From Fidelibacterota bacterium (GTDB taxonomy: Bacteria; Fidelibacterota; Marinisomatia; Marinisomatales; JABMOV01), in contig JBHHUC010000060.1 of the NCBI GenBank assembly GCA_046861395.1, forward strand, positions 1 to 13,298: a stretch of 13,298 nt of DNA, in the 5' to 3' direction. A program made the translations under genes and the position numbers. The notes under the pieces were generated by a model. It worked only from the letters and a program-made list of their open reading frames with translations. It was not told the DNA's origin and made no database searches. Below are positions 7,157 to 13,298 of this stretch, in pieces (position 1 is the first letter of the stretch; the number at the start of each line of letters is the position of its first letter).

Positions 7157-8412
7157 TATAACCGGATCGACTGGATTTTCGTCTCGTATTCCGTCAGGTT
7201 GATTTCATGAACCAGGGTCGGGTTTTCTACATAACGTCGCCAATCCGAATCGCCCCATAAACGGGAAAACCACTTTTCATTGAATTCCAGCCGGTCGGGA
7301 TAGAGGGTTGCAAGGACATGAATGATGCTGATTCCGGCAGTAATGGCTTGGAATTGATTACGATCAGTCACCGCTAATTCCACACCATGACATTCTTCGC
7401 CCTGGTAACGAGGGTTTTCCGACATGCCGGGAAGGGAAACGGGGGTGTAACGTACAGGGGAAAAGACGATGCCGGGTAAATGCAATTGATTAAGTTCCCG
7501 GGCTAACGTTGTATCATTGATCCACGGCGCACCGAATTGAAGAAAGGGGCGGAGGGTCCCGCGCCCTTCGTTAACATTCACGGCTTCCAGAAAACAGAGA
7601 CCGGGATATACGATAGCCGTTGTAAGGTTGGGAATATTCGGTGATGGTTTTATCCACGGCAGTGTTGTTTCATCATACCAGAGATTGGGGATCCAGCCGG
7701 CGCAGGGGATGACAGACACACTCGGCATCGGATTGATCCATTCTTCCTGTTGTATGAGCCGGGCCAGCTCACCCACCGTCAACCCGTATTGGATGGGAAG
7801 CGGGTAATACCCTACGAAAGATTTGAATTCCGGATGAAGGAGAGGGCCTTCGATACGGTCGCCACGGATGGGATTGGGCCGATCCAGAACAATTACAGGT
7901 ATCCTGTTTTCCGCCGCGGCCTCCATGACCAGTCCCAAAGTCGAAATATAGGTGTAAAACCGGGCACCAATATCCTGAATATCATATAGAATGAGGTCCA
8001 CATCAGCCAGCATTTCGGAAGCGGGTTTGCGCGTTTTGCCATAAAGACTAACGACTCGAGGCAAGGAATCCTGGGCATTGTACTGCACGGATTCACCGGC
8101 GCTGGCTTCCCCGAACAAACCGTGTTCAGGAGAAAAAATAATCGCCATTTCAACCTGGGGAAGGGCCATGAGCCGACGATAATTAGGTATCCCATCGGCA
8201 TCGACGCCACTCTGGTTGGTAACCAGAGCCAGACGTTTTCCGGCTATTAAATGGAGGCTGTCACTGAGGATAATGTCCAATCCGGTTCGGACAGCAATAA
8301 TGTCGTTATTTATAATCTGATCCCGGTATTTTTCCAGCATCAACTGATGGGTGGAAGGATGGTCCTGCCCGGACAGGATGGCAAACAGAAATAGGAGGAG
8401 CAGGATAGTCAT
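7153..8412 (-). CDS. namZ: Exo-beta-N-acetylmuramidase NamZ family (DUF1343/YbbC, GH171), secreted
   Basis: 419 aa. Signal peptide, then V.TGLD, LVTNQSG, FSPEHGL, SLYG, DIQDIGARFYTY, VLDRPNP, GLTVGELA, W..PSPN, EGRGT..PF..FGAPW and a C-terminal LY. Confidence 0.93.
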   Translation of the reverse strand: MTILLLLFLFAILSGQDHPSTHQLMLEKYRDQIINNDIIAVRTGLDIILSDSLHLIAGKRLALVTNQSGVDADGIPNYRRLMALPQVEMAIIFSPEHGLFGEASAGESVQYNAQDSLPRVVSLYGKTRKPASEMLADVDLILYDIQDIGARFYTYISTLGLVMEAAAENRIPVIVLDRPNPIRGDRIEGPLLHPEFKSFVGYYPLPIQYGLTVGELARLIQQEEWINPMPSVSVIPCAGWIPNLWYDETTLPWIKPSPNIPNLTTAIVYPGLCFLEAVNVNEGRGTLRPFLQFGAPWINDTTLARELNQLHLPGIVFSPVRYTPVSLPGMSENPRYQGEECHGVELAVTDRNQFQAITAGISIIHVLATLYPDRLEFNEKWFSRLWGDSDWRRYVENPTLVHEINLTEYETKIQSIRLY

Positions 8413-10826
8413 TTCAGAATAGTGAATTTTTTCGTTTGCGTAACCAGGGGAGTAGTAAGTCGTGCAATATAGGTACCGCTGGCTACCGGGTTCCCGCTGG
8501 TTGCATTGCCATTCCAGTAGATGAAGGCGGGATGATAGGACGGACTCAACATGGTTTCATGTATTTTTCGTCCCTTGATGTCATAAATGATGAGTGTAGT
8601 AGGTTGAGTAGGAACAGCGGCATTAAACTGAATGGTGACGCCCCGGTTTGATGGATTGGGGTAAATGGATTCAATGGCAAATGATTCGGGGAAACTCACG
8701 GGATCCTTTACAGTTTCTATTGCTCCAAACCAGTTCAGGACAGTGTCCATGATGGTATTGCGTTTTGCTTCCGGGTAAATCGCCTCAAACCCTACGGCCA
8801 GGTAAACAATGGCGCCATCATTGTTGCTATTGCCGAATGCGCCGGTATAGGCAATTCCGGCTCCGCCTCTGACGGAATAATCAACATTGCTGTACTTGGC
8901 TATGATCGTTGCACTGCCAACCGGCTTAATGCCGTCCGGCCAATCAACGTCGTATGTTCCATGACTGCCATTGTCGAAGGTGAATGTCCCGGCTACTTCC
9001 AGGATATCGCCGGATACTCCGAAGGCCGAATAAACGGGGGAAGAACCACCGGCATCGTCAGAGATGTACTGCGCTTTAAGATAATCGGTGTAAAATTGTT
9101 GGTCGCCGGTACTGCCATCGGCCCAGAGATCGTAACCGATTTCCGAACCTGAAATAAAAAGATTGCCACCCGATTCCAGAAATGTCTTTACTGCAGCCTG
9201 TTCATCAGCGGTAAAGGTCGAGGTGGCGGATCCCTCTTCGCCCAGGATCCAATCCACGATATTGTACTGATCAAGGGCAATGGTTCCGCTGATAACGGCG
9301 TCGTTGGTTGTCGCATCAAATCCAAACCCGCCCTGGGCAATGGCGGCACCATGCTGGCGAATGAAATCAAAGGTATTGTTAGTGCCGTTTACACGGTCAA
9401 AACCATTGACAATGAGAATCTGAATATCATTGGACGGATTACAGGCCATCATTTCCGAGGCTGGGCTGGTGCCGAAACTATTACGGGCCACAACGCGAAA
9501 ATAGAGCGGTGTTCCATTTCCTGCCCAGGAGATAGTAAAGGGATTCTGGGAAAAGGTACCTACCGTATCAATGAATTGTGAATTGCTGTCATATTGCAGA
9601 ACAGCCACATCGTCAGCCGTATTCGCGCCGGAGTAGGATACCAGAATACCGGTGGCAGAGAGGGATATAGCCGATAAGTCGGAAGGAGTGGTGGGAGCCG
9701 TGGTGGCCCCGAAATTTTCGGAAATGGTTTCCCATAATTCCGGTCGGGCACCGTCGTATCCCAGGGCCCAGATGCCGATGCCCTGCAGATTATTGTTCAG
9801 GGCCAAATCGTATTTCAGGTCCAAAGATGCAGCATCATCGTACCAGCCCTGAAACCAGCCGCCGGACTGATAATGGTACCACGGCGTCTGGGAACCGGTG
9901 TCCCATAACTTCCCGTAGGACAACGCCAGCGGTTCCATGGTCGAATAGAACAGAGCGGAACCGGAGCCGGTCGTACTGGCACCGGCATTTCCGCTGGCAG
10001 CAGGCCACTCAAAACCGAAATAGGGAACGCCCAGGATTATTTTTGCACCGTTGCCACCGGTCTCAGATAAATAATCGTTCACTGACCAGGTCACATTATA
10101 CGTTCCGCCTGTCAGCGGTGCATTGGCCCCCGTATTGGAACTCCCGGAATAATGGTAATCGTAGCCCATGATAAAGAGGCCATCACTGATATCGGCCAGA
10201 GCATTATAATCCCAGGCATTGCTCCAGTCCACCGCCGGTGTGGCCAACGTAACCTGGGCTCCGGGGATGACATTGGTCAGGGCGGCTTTCAGGTCGGAAA
10301 TGAATGTGATCATATTTTGTTTCTGGGACGCGGGAAATACTTCGAAATCGATATTGGCACCGTCGGCGTTTCCAGCCTGGACCTGATTGACAATATTATT
10401 GATGAGATTCTGTCTGTTGGTTGCACTGCTGAGCAGAGTGGTTAAATCGGTGGAACTGAACATGGTAATGCAGAGAACTACATCCACGCCGTGGCTGTGT
10501 GCCATATTTATCAGATTGGTGGAAGGCCAGCCGTGCAGATCACTCAGATTGCCCTGGGGAGTGGCCTCCGCACTAAAGTAGGCGATGGTGGTTAACAGGT
10601 TGTAATTGTAATTCTGCCAGGCGGTACCCATCCAGTAGGGATGATAGCCGAATATCGTCCGTGACGGTGTGAGGGTGCGGCCTTGTTTCGGAATAATCGG
10701 ATCATGACTTGTTTCCAGCAATGCAGGATCAAAATGTTGATTATAATATTCCAGTTGTTGTTGGTGAATACTCTGTGAATTGACGGTAGTGATGAACAGC
10801 AGGATGATAAAAATCAAATGTCGCAT
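8409..10826 (-). CDS. Secreted multidomain GH18 glycoside hydrolase (GH18 + FN3-like + unassigned alpha/beta domain + T9SS type A/FlgD-Ig-like CTD)
   Basis: 805 aa. Signal peptide and GH18 motifs FGYHPYW, DGANIDFE (10341-10364), FIMGYDY, KIILGVPYFG, WYDD..S...KY and GIGIWALGYD. FN3-like segment P.TPSDL...YFRVVARNSFGTSPAS. C-terminus YPNP.N....I.F...IYDIKGR.I...WNG....G..VASGTYIARL....TKKFTILK. Confidence 0.88.
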   Translation of the reverse strand: MRHLIFIILLFITTVNSQSIHQQQLEYYNQHFDPALLETSHDPIIPKQGRTLTPSRTIFGYHPYWMGTAWQNYNYNLLTTIAYFSAEATPQGNLSDLHGWPSTNLINMAHSHGVDVVLCITMFSSTDLTTLLSSATNRQNLINNIVNQVQAGNADGANIDFEVFPASQKQNMITFISDLKAALTNVIPGAQVTLATPAVDWSNAWDYNALADISDGLFIMGYDYHYSGSSNTGANAPLTGGTYNVTWSVNDYLSETGGNGAKIILGVPYFGFEWPAASGNAGASTTGSGSALFYSTMEPLALSYGKLWDTGSQTPWYHYQSGGWFQGWYDDAASLDLKYDLALNNNLQGIGIWALGYDGARPELWETISENFGATTAPTTPSDLSAISLSATGILVSYSGANTADDVAVLQYDSNSQFIDTVGTFSQNPFTISWAGNGTPLYFRVVARNSFGTSPASEMMACNPSNDIQILIVNGFDRVNGTNNTFDFIRQHGAAIAQGGFGFDATTNDAVISGTIALDQYNIVDWILGEEGSATSTFTADEQAAVKTFLESGGNLFISGSEIGYDLWADGSTGDQQFYTDYLKAQYISDDAGGSSPVYSAFGVSGDILEVAGTFTFDNGSHGTYDVDWPDGIKPVGSATIIAKYSNVDYSVRGGAGIAYTGAFGNSNNDGAIVYLAVGFEAIYPEAKRNTIMDTVLNWFGAIETVKDPVSFPESFAIESIYPNPSNRGVTIQFNAAVPTQPTTLIIYDIKGRKIHETMLSPSYHPAFIYWNGNATSGNPVASGTYIARLTTPLVTQTKKFTILK

Positions 10827-12067
10827 AAGGCGAATAAATCCTGGAGCGTCTCTCGCCGGCGGATGAGATGATCCTGTTGCCCCGTTAATAGCACTTCGGC
10901 CGGCCGGGGACGATTGTTGAACTGGTGAGACATGGAAAAACCGTAGGCTCCCGTATCCATGATGGCAATGAGATCACCGACCTTTGTCGAAGGAAAGGCA
11001 CGGTCAGTGGCGAGACGGTCCGTATTTTCGCAGATACGGCCGGTAATGTCCACGGTTTGTGTTATGGGTCCCGCCGGCTTATTCACCACGTATATACGAT
11101 GATAGGCCTGATAAAGCGCCGGACGCATTAACGTTTCCATACCGGCATCCAATCCCACGAAACGACGATAACTGTTTTTCAGGCCGGTAACGGTCGCCAG
11201 CAGGATACCGGCATCTCCAATAATGTATTTCCCCGGCTCAATCCAAAAAGAGGGAGCCTGTTCCCGGTCGGGATATTGCTCATAAAAAATGTCGGCCAGA
11301 TGTTTGAATACGGTTTCAATATCGAAAATCGGTTCGGAGTCCATGTAGGGTATGCCGAACCCGCCCCCCAGAGAGATAAAGGAAAGCCGGATTCCCAGTT
11401 GGTCGCTGATTTCAGAGGCCGTTGTCAGGACGGCTTTCAGCAGGGTAGGGAAATAGTCATCATCCAGCACGCCGGAGCCGGACATGCATTGCAACCCGAA
11501 TTGTTTTATTCCGGCGGCCTGGGCCTTTTCATAGGCCGCCACAATGAATTCCTTCGGTATCCCAAATTTTGCTTTGTTGCCGGCGGTGGTAATCTGGGCG
11601 AATCGGCCTTTGCCGAATCCGGGATTCAAACGGAAGGAAACCATGTCCGGTGTCCCGATTTCCAATAAACGATCCAGGGATGTAATATCATCCAGGTTGA
11701 TGACGGCTCCCTGCTCAAAGGCGGCCTGCAGATCGTCGGATGATTCATAATTGCCGGTGAATATACATTCCCGGGGATTGATCCCGCTTTTCTGTGCGGC
11801 CAACAGTTCTCCGGGACTGGAACAGTCGCCCCCCAGCCCCGGTAAATTGTCCTTCATGAAACGAATCAGATGGGGATTGGTATTGGCTTTCAGGGCATAA
11901 CAAATATGGTAACTGTGAAAATTATCCCGGAGGGACTTATCCAGTCGAGCCAGGTTTTCTTTGATTCGGTCGCCGCTATATACGTAGAGCGGCGTGGAAT
12001 AGGTTTCCCGTAATTGATGGAAAATTTTCCCATTTTCCACAAGGGGAAGTAAAGGGTGTGATGGCAT
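10814..12067 (-). CDS. lysA: Diaminopimelate decarboxylase (fold-type III PLP enzyme)
   Basis: 417 aa. TPLYVY, YALKAN (PLP lysine), DCSSPGEL, RLNPG, KFG, LGGGFG, EPGKY, DAGM..L.RPALY, G.ICENTD and GAYGFSMS..FN.RPRPAEV. Confidence 0.9.
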   Translation of the reverse strand: MPSHPLLPLVENGKIFHQLRETYSTPLYVYSGDRIKENLARLDKSLRDNFHSYHICYALKANTNPHLIRFMKDNLPGLGGDCSSPGELLAAQKSGINPRECIFTGNYESSDDLQAAFEQGAVINLDDITSLDRLLEIGTPDMVSFRLNPGFGKGRFAQITTAGNKAKFGIPKEFIVAAYEKAQAAGIKQFGLQCMSGSGVLDDDYFPTLLKAVLTTASEISDQLGIRLSFISLGGGFGIPYMDSEPIFDIETVFKHLADIFYEQYPDREQAPSFWIEPGKYIIGDAGILLATVTGLKNSYRRFVGLDAGMETLMRPALYQAYHRIYVVNKPAGPITQTVDITGRICENTDRLATDRAFPSTKVGDLIAIMDTGAYGFSMSHQFNNRPRPAEVLLTGQQDHLIRRRETLQDLFALCDI

Positions 12068-12136
12068 GATGAAAATTCATGATTGTTGTGGGCGATTATC
12101 AATATTTTTTTCATGTATTTCAGAACGCATTTTCCC

Positions 12137-12165
12137 TTGCTCAATCTTCTGCGCTTATGTATTTT
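12137..12165 (+). promoter_or_regulatory. Candidate sigma70-like promoter TTGCTC-N17-TATTTT
   Basis: TTGCTC (12137-12142), a 17-nt spacer and TATTTT (12160-12165) lie in an AT-rich 144-bp divergent gap. SD-like AAGG is at 12199-12202, before ATG 12212. Confidence 0.45.
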
Positions 12166-12211
12166 GGCTCGTTATTCATCGATATTATCAATCAATAAAA
12201 GGTAATTCAGC

Positions 12212-13051
12212 ATGAAACTTCGTGCCCTTGGTATTTTGATAAGTATGCTATCCTTTGGCGTGGGGCAAGACGCACCGGCCGATTCAATCCCAGCGGAAGT
12301 ATTACCCGATTCCTCCGCAATAGTGGCAATTGTCCCGGATACAACTCAAATGGATTCGATCAACACTGTACCGGTGGACATCACTGCCGACAGTACAGTG
12401 AATGATACCTTGGGTGTGTCCGCTACAGCCACCAAACAAGAGCCGGAGGTAGAGGTTACAACTCTGGATTCCATTCCCCCGGAATATCTGGGACTGGAAT
12501 ATGGATATAAGGGGTATCCCTGGGGAGCTGATCCGAGCCGGTTACCACCGCGAATGGCATACATGGATTCAATGTACTATACGCCCGACTCAACCGGCAT
12601 TATTGTCACGGGGGAATTGGGGAAATATCCGGTGACTCTGTATTATGTCTTTTCCGACAGCGGTTTTTGGAAGGTTGAAATCGATTACGAGATTGACGCG
12701 AATGATATGGATGCTCAGATTAATCAGTTTTATGCCATAGAGAAGAGCCTGTATGAAGTCTATAGAAAACCGCACACTACCAATCAGTCCATTTCCGGCC
12801 CCAAACCCGGTACTCATGATTTTTCGCGGATTACCTATGAGCGGGCCTACCTGCATACGTCCTGGCAGGAAATGCCTTGCCAGATTGATTTGATTCTGTT
12901 TTCGGCCGTTCAGAAGCCGCAGATGGAATTGCCGTTGATTTCACACCCCACAAGTATGCTGCGTTTGATATATTTCAATCCGGATTATATGGTGGATAAT
13001 CTTCCCCAGGAGCAGGTAGAGAAACTTCCATCCATCTTCGATCTTTACTGA
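12212..13051 (+). CDS. Secreted hypothetical protein with a D-S/T-rich low-complexity N-terminal region
   Basis: 279 aa. Signal peptide (..SFGVG|Q), about 70 aa rich in D/S/T/P/V, then a globular part starting near YGYKGYPWG. No family recognised. Confidence 0.75.
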   Translation: MKLRALGILISMLSFGVGQDAPADSIPAEVLPDSSAIVAIVPDTTQMDSINTVPVDITADSTVNDTLGVSATATKQEPEVEVTTLDSIPPEYLGLEYGYKGYPWGADPSRLPPRMAYMDSMYYTPDSTGIIVTGELGKYPVTLYYVFSDSGFWKVEIDYEIDANDMDAQINQFYAIEKSLYEVYRKPHTTNQSISGPKPGTHDFSRITYERAYLHTSWQEMPCQIDLILFSAVQKPQMELPLISHPTSMLRLIYFNPDYMVDNLPQEQVEKLPSIFDLY

Positions 13052-13054
13052 TCT

Positions 13055-13298
13055 TTGCTACGGCTGTATTTAAGCATCGGGTTATTAACAGTGCGTTTTT
13101 CTGCTTGTGTCAGTCCGCCGCAGATGACAAAATATTTTGATTACAGTACAACGCCACAGCAGGTATTTCTGACGACGAAATCAATGCTGGATTCCATGGG
13201 TTATGGAATCGACTGGCTGGTTCCCGAATCCCGCCTCATCATCACGGCACCGGAGAAAGTTGCCAAGGACATCAGGCGCTATGATTATCGTCTGGTAG
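13055..13298 (+). CDS. 5' part of a putative lipoprotein (runs off the window)
   Basis: Not in the ORF track. TTG at 13055, 3 nt after the previous stop, opens MLRLYLSIGLLTVRFSAC-VSPPQMTKYFDYSTTPQQVFLTTKSMLDSMGYGIDWLVPESRLIITAPEKVAKDIRRYDYRLV with no stop to the window end. Lipobox-like FSA|C at residue 18. Confidence 0.6.
   Translation, partial: MLRLYLSIGLLTVRFSACVSPPQMTKYFDYSTTPQQVFLTTKSMLDSMGYGIDWLVPESRLIITAPEKVAKDIRRYDYRLV

Noticed and set aside
12069..12080. Small dyad ATGAA-AA-TTCAT just upstream of the lysA start
   Set aside because: Only 5-bp arms in AT-rich sequence, which is compatible with chance.
12068..12211. Lysine riboswitch upstream of lysA
   Set aside because: The gap is only 144 bp, AT-rich and shared with a divergent promoter. 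It has no recognisable L-box core or terminator and is too short for the roughly 170-nt aptamer.
43..12856. Short alternative-frame and antisense ORFs in the track (e.g. 43..450, 1771..2175, 4614..5060, 9827..10171, 11276..11668, 11890..12144)
   Set aside because: They lie within or largely overlap well-supported genes, have no recognisable motifs, and are expected shadow ORFs.
13049..13057. TGA readthrough or selenocysteine joining 12212..13051 to the downstream in-frame ORF
   Set aside because: The downstream frame begins with its own signal/lipobox-like sequence, there is no redox-motif context, and TGA is an ordinary stop for other genes here.
1..13298. CRISPR array, tRNA/rRNA, IS, prophage or defence system
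   Set aside because: No regularly spaced repeats, RNA-gene signatures, or transposase, integrase or nuclease motifs were seen. Intergenic gaps are at most 144 bp.

Overview
Gene-dense, apparently chromosomal window with no mobile element, RNA gene or CRISPR array. It probably comes from an FCB-superphylum bacterium, possibly Marinimicrobia-like (inferred from a T9SS/FlgD-type C-terminal domain, Gln after predicted signal peptides, and D-S/T-x glycosylation-like motifs). Gene order: partial CDS and a FadL/PorV/DUF5723-like outer-membrane barrel (+); LptF/LptG permease (-); NhaC-family transporter (+); prmA and a class A beta-lactamase-like serine hydrolase (-); murQ (+); a translationally coupled lysA - secreted GH18/FN3/CTD - namZ operon (-); a D-S/T-rich secreted hypothetical protein and a partial lipoprotein (+). 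The main point of interest is a putative non-canonical peptidoglycan-scavenging locus (murQ, namZ, GH18, serine hydrolase, lysA). The GH18 and NamZ proteins also share an unexplained N-terminal S-x-H-Q-x-x-L-E-x-Y motif, and a perfect palindrome sits between the divergent hydrolase and murQ genes. All assignments come from reading motifs; no searches were run.
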